From: Macrostomum lignano
Taxonomy: Eukaryota
Assembly (NCBI GenBank): GCA_002269645.1
Contig: NIVC01000991.1
Span: forward strand, 327,304-391,303
Reading direction: 5' to 3'
Length of the DNA: 64,000 bases
The notes below the pieces were generated by a model. It saw only the letters and a program-made list of their open reading frames with translations, was not told the origin of the DNA and did not search any database. This document shows positions 23,001 through 36,274 of the stretch, piece after piece (the first letter of the stretch is position 1; every line of letters begins with the position of its first letter). The translations under genes and the position numbers were made by a program.

Positions 23001-26000
23001 TGGAGAAGTAGATTTGTGATACGTTATAAAAAAGGTAATTCGTTTTTAGGGTTTCTAAATTCCTTATATAACAGATATGCTGTTATTGCTTATAATATAA
23101 TATCCCCTTCTCCATCCCCAGGCGGTAGCGGAGCTGGAGTCCCGTCTCGCTCAGTCAGCCGAACAGCAGGCCTCCGTGCTGTCGGAGCTCCGGGCGGAAT
23201 TCGCACAGGAGCAAGCCAGACTGCGCGACAGCCTAACGGAGCAGGCTGAAGTGGAAAAAGCAGAGCTAACAGCCGAATTAGAGAAAGGTTTTGCCGGTCA
23301 ATTCGAATCAGAGAAACGGCGATTCCAATCCGCATTGGCTGAGAAAGAGGAGCAGATTGACTACTTGAAGGATTTGTCTTCGGGATTGGAAACGCAGGTG
23401 AGTTGAATAGGTTGTAAACATTGCTTTGTTATATTTACTACGATACATATCGGCACTATTACTAGAAGTTTCAATTTTATCAATACGTAGTTTACTTTAT
23501 TAAATTTCTTACGATACATATCGGTTGACAATGGATGAAAATCGATTGTATATATTTCGATACATATCGGCTGGCTGATCAGCAAATTATTGTTAGGTTT
23601 TATGGTACAAATCGGCACCATTATGGACAAGCTATTTACTATTGTTATCGATACATATCGGCTTGTTAATTTCACGTATTTAGGTAGGGAAAGAATTGAT
23701 GCCTTAATTATTACTATTTCGATACATATCGCTGTCAAGGTTCGAAACTACGCTGCTAGCGCCGACGAACAAGGCCGCCTGATGGAGAGTCTGCGCGCCC
23801 AGCATCAGGACCAGCTGGCCGCTGCAAACGAACGTCTCGAGCAAGAGTGCACTCGCACTAAACAGTTGGAACAGAGCGCCGTTGAATTGGCCACAGCCAG
23901 AGAATCTCTCCAACGAATGCTTGACGAATCCGCTACTGAAAGCGACCGATTAAGCAAAGCCTGCGCCCAGCTAACTGAGAAACTGTCCGAGGAACGGGGC
24001 ATCAAGCAGCGCGTCACTGAACAGCTAGCCGATAGCGAGCGCCGGCGTACCGAATTCGAGTATCAATTGGAACGATTGCGCGACGATTATAATCTGGTTT
24101 GCCGCGAGTTGGACGGCTCCAGAACTGCCGCTGAGACGGCCGAGACGGCGCGACGAACCGCCGAGGATGAGGTATGCTATAGGTGTTTTTTTCTAATGAT
24201 TTTCAACAAATTTCGGTTATAATATCCCTTTTTGCTGCTATTTACTTTGTTAAAAAGTAGTATTTTGGAAAAAAAGCTCTTAAATTTAGCTTTAAGAAGA
24301 CTTTAATTATAGTAAAATCTACAAATTTAACGATGTAGCTTTCATATTTTTATATTAATGCAGTAAACAAAGTGGTATGATTTTATTTTTGTCTATCTGG
24401 AAGATATCAAGACAAATATAGTTATTATCGATACATATTGGACACATTTAGGATACTATTTAGGCCTTGATTTGGGGCTGGAATTAAAACTTTGAGATAA
24501 ACAGTAGTAGTAGGTTAGGGTCAAGTATAGTATTTTTTATTAAAAATACATAATTAAAATAATGTTTCGATACATATCGGCAATTTTTTTCGAAACAGGC
24601 CGACAAGCGAGCAGAAGAAGCGGAACAGGCGAACCGTAGAGTGACCGACTTACAATCGGAAGTTGCTTCGCTAACTGATCGATTATCGGAGACTGCAAAT
24701 CGACTGTCTTCAGCTACGTCAGATCGAGACCGACTGTCGGAAGAGTTAAGCAGTGTCCAGTCTCAGCTGACTTGGACTCAGCACAGATTAGAGGAGCAGC
24801 AGGATCGTGTCGCCGCTTTAACCGAGGAAGCCAAAGCTGCCGAATTGAGAATCGCCGCAGGTCAGCAAGAGGCTACCGAGTTGAAAGCTAGGATTGGCCA
24901 TTTAATTGGCAGCTCGGAGGATAATGAGCAAAGTGCAAGAAAGCAGATGGATAGTCTGAGGGCGGAGTTGGATACCAGGTTTGTATATGGCATTTTCTAA
25001 GGTGAACATTTAGTATGCCGTTTATTTGAAGCTCGATAAGTTAGAATATCCCATTGTCGATAATCCTGCGTCAAGATCCCATAGTTAAATAATCCCCATT
25101 ATCGATAATCCAGCATCAAGATCCCAAAGTTAAACAATCCCTATTATAGATAATCTAGCATCAAGATCCCAAAGTTAAACAATCCCTATTATCGATAATC
25201 TAGCATCAAGATCCCAAAGTTAAATAATCCCCATTATCGTTAATCCAGCATCAAGATCCCATAGTTAAATAATCCCCATTATCGATAATCCAGCATCAAG
25301 ATCCCAAAGTTCCCCAACTCGCCACCCGTCCAGAACGCACGAGCTGCAGCGCGCCCGGCAGGAAGCGCAATCGCAAGTTGAAGCCGCAGAATCTTTGCGC
25401 TCCCAGGAGGCCGAAGCTGCGGAAGCGCGTGAACGCGAACTGAGCGAATCAGCGCGACAATTGCGAGCCAATCTGTCCAACGTCGAGTCGGAGCTGCGTC
25501 AAAGAGAAGCCGATCTCAACGAGTCTGAGTCCCGAGCTGCTCAGTTCGAGTCGGCTCTCGCCGATGCCGAAGCCGCCAGGCTGCGCGCCGTTGCCGAACG
25601 CGACGCTTTGGAGGCCGACGCAGCCCGCGCCAACGCTGCAGCCGAAGCTGCCGCCGCCGAATCGGCGGAATTGCGCGCCGAGATGACGCGCCAAAATGAG
25701 CACCTAGCCGGGGTGCGCGAGGCCGGTGAAAGTCGGGCAGCCGATTTAGAGGCTACGTTTGGCAAATTGAGACTTGAAATGGAGACTAAGTCTGCCGAGG
25801 CTGAAGAATGGAAGACCAAGTGTCAGGAGATGGAGAACTCAATCCAGACTCACGAATCTGAATCCAGTCAGTTGAAATCAGAATTGGAAGAATGGAAGAC
25901 CAAGTGTCAGGAGATGGAGAACTCAATCCAGACTCACGAATCTGAATCTGGTCAGTTGAAATCAGAACTGGAAGAATGGAAGACCAAGTGTCAGGAGATG

Positions 26001-29000
26001 GATAACTCAATCCAGACTCACGAATCTGAATCCGGTCAGTTGAAATCAGAACTGGAAGAATGGAAGACCAAGTGTCAGGAGATGGAGAACTCGATCCAGA
26101 CTCACGAATCTGAATCCGGTCAGTTGAAATCAGAACTGGAAGAATGGAAGACCAAGTGTCAGGAGATGGAGAACTCGATCCAGACTCACGAATCTGAATC
26201 CAGTCAGTTGAAATCAGAATTGGAAGAATGGAAGACCAAGTGTCAGGAGATGGAGAACTCAATCCAGACTCACGAATCTGAATCCGGTCAGTTGAAATCA
26301 GAATTGGAAGAATGGAAGACCAAGTGTCAGGAGATGGAGAACTCAATCCAGACTCACGAATCTGAATCCGGTCAGTTGAAATCAGAACTGGAAGAATGGA
26401 AGACCAAGTGTCAGGAGCTGGATAACTCGATCCAGACTCACGAATCTGAATCCGGTCAGTTGAAATCAGAACTGGAAGAATGGAAGACCAAGTGTCAGGA
26501 GATGGAGAACTCGATCCAGACTCACGAATCTGAATCCAGTCAGTTGAAATCAGAATTGGAAGAATGGAAGACCAAGTGTCAGGAGATGGAGAACTCAATC
26601 CAGACTCTCGAAGCTCAGTGTAATCAGTTGACATCAGAGGTTGAAGAGTGGAAGAGCAAGTGTCAGGAGATGCAAGCTGAGCTAAACAGTAGTTTGCAGG
26701 GAGCTGATGCTCAACTCACTCACCTCAGAGAATCAGTTGAAACGAAGACGGCCGAACTGGAAGAATGGAAGTCAAAGTATCAAGGTATTGAGCAAATTGT
26801 ACAATCCGGCGAGTCTCAGCTGTCTTCCTTACGGTCAGAATTTGAGACCAAGAATACAGAGGCTGAAGAATGGAAGACCAAGTGTCAGGAGATGGAGAAC
26901 TCGATCCAGACTCACGAATCTGAATCCGGTCAGTTGAAATCAGAACTGGAAGAATGGAAGACCAAGTGTCAGGAGATGGAGAACTCGATCCAGACTCACG
27001 AATCTGAATCCAGTCAGTTGAAATCAGAATTGGAAGAATGGAAGACCAAGTGTCAGGAGATGGAGAACTCAATCCAGACTCTCGAAGCTCAGTGTAATCA
27101 GTTGACATCAGAGGTTGAAGAGTGGAAGAGCAAGTGTCAGGAGATGCAAGCTGAGCTAAACAGTAGTTTGCAGGGAGCTGATGCTCAACTCACTCACCTC
27201 AGAGAATCAGTTGAAACGAAGACGGCCGAACTGGAAGAATGGAAGTCAAAGTATCAAGGTATTGAGCAAATTGTACAATCCGGCGAGTCTCAGCTGTCTT
27301 CCTTACGGTCAGAATTTGAGACCAAGAATACAGAGGCTGAAGAATGGAAGACCAAGTGTCAGGAGATGGAGAACTCGATCCAGACTCACGAATCTGAATC
27401 CGGTCAGTTGAAATCAGAACTGGAAGAATGGAAGACCAAGTGTCAGGAGATGGATAACTCAATCCAGACTCACGAATCTGAATCCGGTCAGTTGAAATCA
27501 GAACTGGAAGAATGGAAGACCAAGTGTCAGGAGATGGAGAACTCGATCCAGACTCACGAATCTGAATCCGGTCAGTTGAAATCAGAACTGGAAGAATGGA
27601 AGACCAAGTGTCAGGAGATGGAGAACTCGATCCAGACTCACGAATCTGAATCCAGTCAGTTGAAATCAGAATTGGAAGAATGGAAGACCAAGTGTCAGGA
27701 GATGGAGAACTCAATCCAGACTCTCGAAGCTCAGTGTAATCAGTTGACATCAGAGGTTGAAGAGTGGAAGAGCAAGTGTCAGGAGATGCAAGCTGAGCTA
27801 AACAGTAGTTTGCAGGGAGCTGATGCTCAACTCACTCACCTCAGAGAATCAGTTGAAACGAAGACGGCCGAACTGGAAGAATGGAAGTCAAAGTATCAAG
27901 GTATTGAGCAAATTGTACAATCCGGCGAGTCTCAGCTGTCTTCCTTACGGTCAGAATTTGAGACTAAGAATACAGAGGCTGAAGAATGGAAGTCCAAGTG
28001 CTCAGATTTGAACGACCAAGTGACTAATTTAAACTCGGAACTCAAAGCAAAAACCGATGAGTCCGAAGAATTGCAGTCACAGTTGTCGCAACTAAAGTCA
28101 TTGGTTGAATCCAAAAGCACCGAGGTTGAAGATCTGACAGCCAAATGCCAAATTGCCCAGTCTGAATTGGACAGCGTCAACCAAACTCACATGGAGCAAT
28201 TAACTCAGATAAGAAACGAGTTAGAGACAAAAACTAGCGAAGCAAAAAGCTGGGAGTCCAAGTTTCATGAGGCTCAATCGCAGTTGGAGAGAAGCCTTCA
28301 AGGAGCCGACGTTCAGCTAAATGAATTGAGATTGGAGCTCGAAGCTAAAACAGCAACAGCTGAGAACTTCGAAGCAAAGTGCTCGGAGCTTCAAACTGAG
28401 GTAGAAAGCTGGCGTACAAAATTCCATGGAGCAGATGCGGAACTAACTCAACTCAGATCAGAGGTTGAAGACAAGACAACTAAAGTTGAAGACTGGAAGA
28501 ACAAGTGTCGCGAGTTTCAAGCAAAATTAAAAGCAACAATTCAAGCGCACAAAAAGCTGACCTCTGAATTAAACGAGTCCCAATCGAAGGTAGCTCAACT
28601 TGAAGAGTGCAAGATAAAAAATCAGGAGGCACAAAACGAGTTGGAAGCTAAGTTGCAAGCCTCAGAATCACAGCTAGCAAATCTACAAACTGACTTTGAT
28701 GAAAAGACAACTGCTATGGATACAAAATTTGCTGAATTGCGTTCCGAGGTTGAAGCGAAAAATTCTCAGGTAGAAGAATTGACAACGAAATGCCAAGAGA
28801 TTCAATCCGAACTCAATAAATGCATTGAATCGCACGAAGCTCAAGTGTCTCAGATCAAAGCTGAATTCGATGCAAAGGTGTCCGAAGTTGATAGCCTGAA
28901 GAGCCGGTGTCAAGAGCTGCAAGTCGAGCTGGACGGAGGCCAGCAGACGGCCGATGCTCAGCTGACCCTTGTCCGGTCCGAGCTGGAAGCGAAAAATGCT

Positions 29001-32000
29001 GAAATTGACGACTGGAAGTTGAAATTCCAAGAAACCAGCCAGAATTATGAGTCAAGTGAAGCGCAACTGTCCCAATTAAGATTGGAGCTTGAAGCGAAAT
29101 CTACCGAAGCGGATGACTGGAGAGCTAAATTCCAAGAAACTCAAAATCAACTTGACGCCACGTTGCATTCTCACGAAGTTCAAATCTCGCAGCTGAGATC
29201 GGACATCGAGGCAGCAGCTTCAGATGTAGAGCACTGGCGATCCAAGTGTCAGGAAGCGCAATCAGAGCTAGAGACAGCCATGCAGGCCCATGTAGACCAG
29301 CTAACACAATTGAAATCCGAATATTCGGCAAAATCTGCCGAGACAGACGACTTGAAAGCAGCTCGTCAAGAGCATCAGCAAAATTTGGAGCAGCTTTGCA
29401 GCGATTTAGCAGCCAGAGAGACCGAGCTCTCCCAGCTGAGGTCGGATTGCGCAGCCAAAGCATCCGAAGCTGAAAATTGGTTGGCTAAGTGTCAGGAGCT
29501 TGAGCATCAATTAGCTCAACTGGAAAGCCAACTAGAAGCCAAAGAAATTGAATTAGGCCAATCGCGATCTGATCTTGAAGCCAAGTGTTTGGAGCTTGAC
29601 GAACTCCGGTCCAGCAGCGAAGAGCACAGACGCCAGCTGGAGCAGTTTGGCAGCAGTCAGGAGGCAAGCGAGGTAGTCTTAGCCGAACTGCGAGCTGACT
29701 GTGACTCCAAAGCGGCCGAGGTGGACACTTTGAAGGCTCACTGCAATGAACAGGAGAATGAGTTAAAGGAGCTGAGCAGCCGACTGGAAGCATCTGAGGC
29801 TGAGGCTACTCAAGCCCGTTCCGATTGTTTAGCCAAATCAGCAGAAGCTGAGAACTGGCTGGCTAAGTGTCAAGAGCAGCTGCAACGATTGCAAGAAGTT
29901 GAAGCTGGCGAAGAGTTGAAAGACGCCGAACTGTCTAAATTGCGATCGGATTTGGTTTCCGTGACAGCCGAGGCGGATAATTGGCGAGCGAAATGTGAAT
30001 TGCTTGAGCAGGAGCAGGCTCTGCAGATGGATCAATTAGCCAGTGGTCAAGAAGCTATTGAGGCCGAACTTCGAGCTCAGATTGTCGAATTGACGGCTGA
30101 GAATCGGGCCAATTTGGAGGCGGCTGATGAAGCTCGAGAGAAGCTGGCCGCTACGGAAGCTGCCTCCGCAGATGCTGGCCGATCAACTTTGATGCGGATA
30201 TTGAAAAAGATTGACAATCTGGTCGAAGCGTTGGATGTGAAATCTTCAGACTCGGGCGAGGATAACGAGGGCGAGACTGCGGCGATGAATTTCCTTGATT
30301 TGGCGGCTGAAGCTGCTGCAGCGATGAAGCAACAACTGGCAGAGATGAAGACCGAACGGGAAGCTGAGGCTCAGGTGGGTATGATCTAATCTAGAAAATG
30401 ATTGTAAATCTGCTTGGCTATGACAAGATTACTGGTCAAGGTTAAGAGCTTCAATCTGACTAGAATCTTACGAGCGAAGTAATGGTAAATTCCGCTGAAC
30501 CCTGAAAATGCACACGCTTACACAGCGTGTACAGCCACTTTGTCATCGTCAACCAGTGCACACATTCTTTCCCTTTGGGGTTTTTATTGGAGGCAGGGGG
30601 CTGTGTAAAGCGACATTGTCACACAACAAGAGGCATTACTACCTGCCTATTCCGCTGACTCCCCTGAGCAGGCACACAAGCGCGCGGATATGTACGCAGT
30701 CATATGCACAGGCACACACTCACAAGAGCGTACAGCGGCCCTAACTGTATTTATCGTTAGGCATGTACACTTCACTGTGCCTTGGGGGTTGGCCCTCAAA
30801 GGCTGGTAATTGCACGAGCAGAGCCAAGCCGAGATTCCAATTTAGCTCCAAAAATTAATGTGACTGCACTGGGAATCGAGCCTGGGCCCCTGGCACTTCA
30901 GAGCGCCGCGCCCGACCACTAGGCTACGGCCTCAAAATGACACTGGTCTGTTCAGTAGCAAGTGAAATTAAGTAGTATGTATTGCACCTGTGAAAAAGCA
31001 ATCAAGCCATAAATTACACTACAAAAGATATGAAAGGCAGATTAACTAAAATTCATGAGCAACTATGCTACTATTTTGAGTCAGTAGTTTAGAAGCATGT
31101 TACATGGAAAATTTGTACCCATCGCGCAGTCTTTCCAACGTCGACTAGCAAGCCTGGAGTCTCAGTTGCAAACCAGCCAGTCTGAGGTTGATCAACTTCG
31201 CGAAGATGTCGACTCGGCGTCCATTGAACGCGATCGTCTGGTTGTAGACGGTGCCGCTGAGGCCACTGAACTCAGACACCAGCTGGACGAGTTGCAACGT
31301 CGATGCGAGGCCTTGCAAGCTGAACTGTCGGAGGCCAAGGCTAGGGAGGCGGAACTTGAGGAGGCTAAGAAGTCCGACGGGCTTCATGTGGTGCGTTTTA
31401 TCAATAGTTTGTTATTATTATTCGTTTAAGGATGATGCTACTGCTTAGTAGTCTGTTAGGCTTTTTAGGTCGGTTTTTAGGTATGTCAAGTAGATTTTTA
31501 GGTAGACTGGGTATACTACTGAGCTGATTATGCAGGCTATTGAGTAAATTGTTTTGTAGATATTGAGTAGACTATTGCGTAGATTGACTAGATTGAGTAA
31601 ACTATTGAGTAGATTGAGTAGGCTATTGGGTAGATTGAGTAGACTACTGGCTAGATTAAGTAGACTATTAAGTACATTCAGTAGACTATTGAGTAGATTG
31701 AGTCGACTATTGAGTAGATTGAGTCGACTATTAAGTAGATTCAGTAGACTATTGAGTAGATTGAGTAGACTATTGAGTAGATTGAGTAGACTATGGGGTA
31801 GATTGAGTAGACTATTGAGTAGATTGAGTAGACTATGGGGTAGATTGAGTAGACTATTGAGTAGATTGAGTAGACTATGGGGTAGATTGAGTAGACTATG
31901 GGGTAGATTGAGTAGACTATTGAGTAGATTGGGTTATACTACTGAGTAGATTGAGTAGACTATGGGGTAGATTGAGTAGACTGCTGGCTAGATTAAGTAG

Positions 32001-35000
32001 GCTATTTGATAGATTGAGTAGACTATTGAGTAGATTGAGTTATACTACTGAGTAGATTGAGTAGACTATGGGGTAGATTGAGTAGACTGCTGGCTAGATT
32101 AAGTAGACTATTAACTAGATTAAGTAGGCTATTTGATAGATTGAGTAGACTATTGTGTAGTCGTAGATTGGTTAAACGGATTGAGTAGGCTGTTGGGAAG
32201 ATTGAGTAGACTGCTATTGGTTAGACTGAGTGGACTATTGGGTAGATTAGAGACTATTGTTAAATACAGAACCAGAAAGTATTTTATTGGTTTGAAAGCT
32301 GTTTGATATTTAAAATTTTATTTTTAAAAATCTATTTAATGTATATATATGTTTAGTATATACTTGCTATTTAAAATAAATAAACGTTTCCCTTAGCAGT
32401 TTCCACCGTCAATGTTCACTCTGGCTTGCAAAGTTCAGGTAATTTTAGTTAAAGTAAAATATAAGACTATTGAGTTAGAAATCTCAAAATGCTCATTGGT
32501 GCCGTTGGGCTTGGCTGCTCTCTTCAGTTTTTGGCTTGTTGGTTTTGTTCTAATTGAAAATTTATCTGGTAAAATGTTTCACTTTCTACTTCTATTGGTG
32601 ACTGTTCAGTAGCCTAAATAGTAAAATCTGAGCTAAATTTAGCTACCTTAAATAAAAATTCAGGAGGTCATCCAGTCGGAGGTGAACAGGCAGAAGTCGG
32701 CCTCAGCCTCAGCGGAGGGCAGCGGTCAGCTGGAAGGTCGACCATCTGACGGGTTCGAATGGGCTGAACAGCTGACCGACCGAATCGAGGCTGTCAAATC
32801 TTCGGCTTTGTGAGTTCTCTTAGTACTTTAATTGATGAATAAGTTCAGTATTTGATTGAACGTAGTGATTTTAACAAAGGATTTTCCCGCTTTAGAAATA
32901 CGCAACCGACTGGGGACACGGTTAGTCTGGAGGACTACGAAGCTCTTCGGATGCACACTACTGATCTGGAGGTAAGTAGTATAGAACGGTGTTTTTAGAG
33001 GTTTCAGTTCTGCTAATAATACAATAATAGTGACAAGAATCGCTAAAGAGTCATTGCAAACAACTCACAAGGTGACTATCATGGAGCGATTATTGTGACT
33101 TTTTAACGACTTAAACGTCCGTAATTGTGACCTAAGAGGCGACTGTTGAGTCACGAGCGCATGACGCGCTTAACTTTTCTACTCTACTGACAAGTACATG
33201 TAGACTTAATAGAGTTTTTAAAGATGCCCTTTAGAGGCAACTCAGTTACGGCCCCAGAGTCGGAGGCAATAAAATGACTCAAATGGATTCTTTGACGACT
33301 ATCTTATCGTTTTTGGGCTGTCCATAATCACTTCTTTCCTATTTTACCTGCGTTACCTGTAACGACCCAGTACCGTGTCTCATCGGTTGATGACTGCGCA
33401 CTTGTCTCAACTCTCAACCCCAACTTACTGCTACATCTAGACTCAATTGAGCAGCGTCAGCGCCGAGCTGTCAAGTCTAAAGCTGAGATCGTCTCCGGAG
33501 CGACCATCGGCGTCGCAGATTGCTCAACTGCCGTCGCCTGGCCCGTCCGAGTCGATGCAGTATCAGTTCGCTTCGTTTATCGAAATTCCCGAGATTGAAT
33601 ACCTGAGAAATGTGCTGTTCAAGTATATGCTTGGAGAGAAGACCCAGGTAAGTTATTGTTTGTTTAATTCTGACATTGAGCTCTGGTTGTCTGACAGCCT
33701 GGAGTGTCTTCCTGTCAGTCAGTGTCTGACTGTCAGGAGTGTAGTGTCTGTCAGGAGTAGTGTCTGCCTGTCAGGAGCAGTTTCAGCCCATCAAGAGTAG
33801 TGTCTGCCTGTCAGGAGTGTAGTGTCTGTCAGGAGTAGTGTCTGCCTGTCAGGAGTAGTGTCTGTCAGGAGTAGTGTCTGCCTGTCAGGAGTGTAGTGTC
33901 TGTCAGGAGTAGTGTCTGCCTGTCAGGAGTGTAGTGTCTGTCAGGAGTAGTGTCTGCCTGTCAGGAGTAGTGTCTGTCAGGAGTAGTGTCTGCCTGTCAG
34001 GAGTGTAGTGTCTGTCAGGAGTAGTGTCTGCCTGTCAGGAGTGTAGTGTCTGTCAGGAGTAGTGTCTGCCTGTCAGGAGCAGTTTCAGCCCATCAAGAGT
34101 AGTGTCTGCCTGTCAGGAGTGTAGTGTCTGTCAGGAGTAGTGTCTGCCTGTCAGGAGTAGTGTCTGTCAGGAGTAGTGTCTGCCTGTCAGGAGTGTAGTG
34201 TCTGTCAGGAGTAGTGTCTGCCTGTCAGGAGTGTAGTGTCTGTCAGGAGTAGTGTCTGCCTGTCAGGAGTAGTGTCTGTCAGGAGTAGTGTCTGCCTGTC
34301 AGGAGTGTAGTGTCTGTCAGGAGTAGTGTCTGCCTGTCAGGAGTGTAGTGTCTGTCAGGAGTAGTGTCTGCCTGTCAGGAGCAGTTTCAGCCCATCAAGA
34401 GTAGTGTCTGCCTGTCAGGAGTGTAGTGTCTGTCAGGAGTAGTGTCTGCCTGTCAGGAGTAGTGTCTGTCAGGAGTAGTGTCTGCCTGTCAGGAGTGTAG
34501 TGTCTGTCAGGAGTAGTGTCTGCCTGTCAGGAGTGTAGTGTCTGTCAGGAGTAGTGTCTGCCTGTCAGGAGTAGTGTCTGTCAGGAGTAGTGTCTGCCTG
34601 TCAGGAGTGTAGTGTCTGTCAGGAGTAGTGTCTGCCTGTCAGGAGTGTAATGTCTGTCAGGAGTAGTGTCTGTCAGGAGTAGTGTCTGCCTGTCAGGAGT
34701 AGTGTCTGCCTGTCAGGAGCAGTTTCAGCCCATCAAGAGTAGTGTCTGCCTGTCAGGAGTAGTGCCTGTCAGGAGTAGTGCCTGTCAGGAGTAGTGTCTG
34801 CCTGTCAGGAGTAGTGTCTGCCTGTCAGGAGTAGTGTCCGCCTGTCAGGAGTAGTGTCTGCCTGTCAGGAGTAGTGTCTGCCTGTCAGGAGTAGTGTCTG
34901 CCTGTCAGGAGTAGTGTCTGCCTGTCAGGAGTAGTGTCTGCCTGTCAGGAGTGTAGTATCTGTCAGGAGTAGTGTCTGCCTGTCAGGAGTGTAGTATCTG

Positions 35001-35602
35001 TCAGGAGTAGTGTCTGCCTGTCAGGAGTGTAGTATCTGTCAGGAGTAGTGTCTGCCTGTCAGGTCAGTAGCATCCAAATGTCAGAATGCTACTGACAATA
35101 ATGATAGTTCTCAAACTAACAAAACCCAAACTTCAGACCCTGGCCAAGGTGATTTGCACTGTGCTGAAATTTAGCGAGCCCCAAATTCAACAGGTGCTTG
35201 ACTACGAGTCGAAGAAAGCCAATGTAAGTCCAACTATGAATTTATTGATTTTGCAATGCTAATACATATTAAAATTACGGTATATATAATATAAAAATGT
35301 TTTGCCTTTATCTATCATTCAGCAATAAAGGCTTAAAAATAAATTCTGTAAACTTCGACTTAAGCTGGTATAAATCTGTACTTATTAATTATTTAGGAGT
35401 AATATTTAAAAAAAGCGATAGATGTTGATCTGGTGGCACCTGTTCTAATTATATATATAATTAGCAGTATTATTTGCACTAATAACTAAGCATACAACCA
35501 TGCTTTTAATTAAAACAAAGTTTTAATGAACTGAAAAAAATGTTTTATTTTTATTTTTGTTTTTCATTTCAGTCCTGGTTAGCGCTGAACCGACCTACAT
35601 AG
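17079..35602 (+). CDS. GOLGA4: Golgin subfamily A member 4 (golgin-245/p230) orthologue, GRIP-domain trans-Golgi coiled-coil tether, about 2760 aa
   Basis: Exons 17079-17129, 19319-19740 (one base short of frame), 19847-19981, 20821-20946, 21022-21162, 21687-22163, 23122-23397, 23740-24171, 24599-24978, 25334-30374, 31130-31390, 32664-32809, 32896-32971, 33441-33647, 35137-35223, 35573-35602. All are GT-AG and phase-compatible apart from the exon-2 discrepancy. N-terminus MFQRLKQKIEE, then PSDLESE...QDKSLRRISELKEQ...EEKD...QVSLLK as in GOLGA4. C-terminal GRIP domain EIEYLRNVLFKYMLGE..TLAKVICTVLKFS...SW. Confidence 0.93.
20052..20272. repeat. Three ~70-bp direct repeats, each with a CCAAT box (AGCCAATCAG)
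   Basis: GAAACTGCACGCCAGCCAATCAGAGGC...GGGGTAGGGTAGGGAGAGAAA x3 in GOLGA4 intron 3. Confidence 0.8.
21255..21645. repeat. 28-bp minisatellite (AGGCCAGGTAAAATCCCAATCTAGATCT)
   Basis: About 14 units in GOLGA4 intron 5. Confidence 0.92.
22265..22910. repeat. 17-bp purine-rich minisatellite (AGAAGTAGAGTGGGGAG)
   Basis: Tandem units in GOLGA4 intron 6. Confidence 0.93.
25045..25312. repeat. 45-bp minisatellite (ATAATCCCCATTATCGATAATCCAGCATCAAGATCCCAAAGTTAA)
   Basis: About 6 units ending about 20 nt before the acceptor of the giant exon. Confidence 0.9.
25800..27990 (+). repeat. Coding tandem repeats in GOLGA4 exon 10: 84-bp (28-aa) unit x18 with 117-bp and 105-bp units x3
   Basis: EEWKTKCQEMENSIQTHESESGQLKSEL is repeated in blocks of 10, 3 and 5. 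Each block is followed by the same 39-aa and 35-aa units. Confidence 0.95.
30505..30931 (-). mobile_element. tRNA-derived SINE (tRNA-like head at 30931-30861)
   Basis: The head has an A-box (TAGCCTAGTGG), a B-box (GCTCGATTCCC) and a partial acceptor stem. The anticodon loop is only 6 nt, so it is not a functional tRNA. The 3' boundary is approximate. Confidence 0.6.
31505..32235. repeat. 21-bp minisatellite (GAGTAGATTGAGTAGACTATT variants)
   Basis: Tandem units in GOLGA4 intron 11. It explains the SRLLSRL ORF. Confidence 0.92.
33715..35065. repeat. 16/20-bp minisatellite (GTAGTGTCTG[CCTG]TCAGGA) with a ~300-bp higher-order unit
   Basis: The marker GAGCAGTTTCAGCCCATCAAGAG recurs near 33775, 34077, 34379 and 34716. 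Confidence 0.93.
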
Positions 35603-36274
35603 CCTACTTATAAACTCGACTTGTAGCAGTAGTATTGATGGACATTGTTTTGAGTCTGTGATAACACCTTAAGAAAATAGCAGCGTGAAAGAGAATATTG
35701 CTCCCTTGGTGTGCATATTTTAATTTATCTCACAATACTTGACTCAACTGTTTACAGTTTTCTTTTTAGTTTGAAAGCTAATACATAATTAGCTGGTATT
35801 ATTAATCTAGCTCCATATACTGTTTGCGTTTGTCTATTTAAAATTTAGTCTAAAGAAATAATAAAATAGCTCACAGCGACCACAGCACAGCCTCGTGACT
35901 TTTCATACATTCTTTTTGTGTAAAACCGTGTTGCTAAACTATTAATTACCATTGTTATCCGATATTTGGCAGTCAGTTTTATGGATTTATTATATTTGCG
36001 TGTTTCCGCCAATTTCATTTTTACTGTTTAATTAGCATCTCTGTTTTTAGCCTGTTCATTACGACTGTGTTCCGTGTGACCCATTTCATTTTTTGTTGTT
36101 TTGTTCCCGTTTTTAGCCAGGTATTTGTTGAATTTTTTCTCTTGAAATAAACTTTGTGGACTGCGTTAAACTTGCATGAAATTACATGCTTCCTGTGCAG
36201 ATTCCCACTTCCTGAGAGGCCATTAACGATAAAAAATACTTTTCGGTATGCTTAACTACTTATGCTACTTTATG

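Noticed and set aside
23441-23735. CRISPR-like repeat/spacer appearance
   Set aside because: The repeat is only 12-13 nt, spacing is irregular, the context is a eukaryotic intron and there are no cas genes. Kept only as a motif cluster.
25786-27750. Antisense ORFs (SSPSPDTWSSIL repeats)
   Set aside because: They are shadows of the golgin coding repeat on the opposite strand.
30861-30931. Functional tRNA gene
   Set aside because: The anticodon loop is 6 nt, the stems are mismatched and the sequence continues into a SINE-like body.
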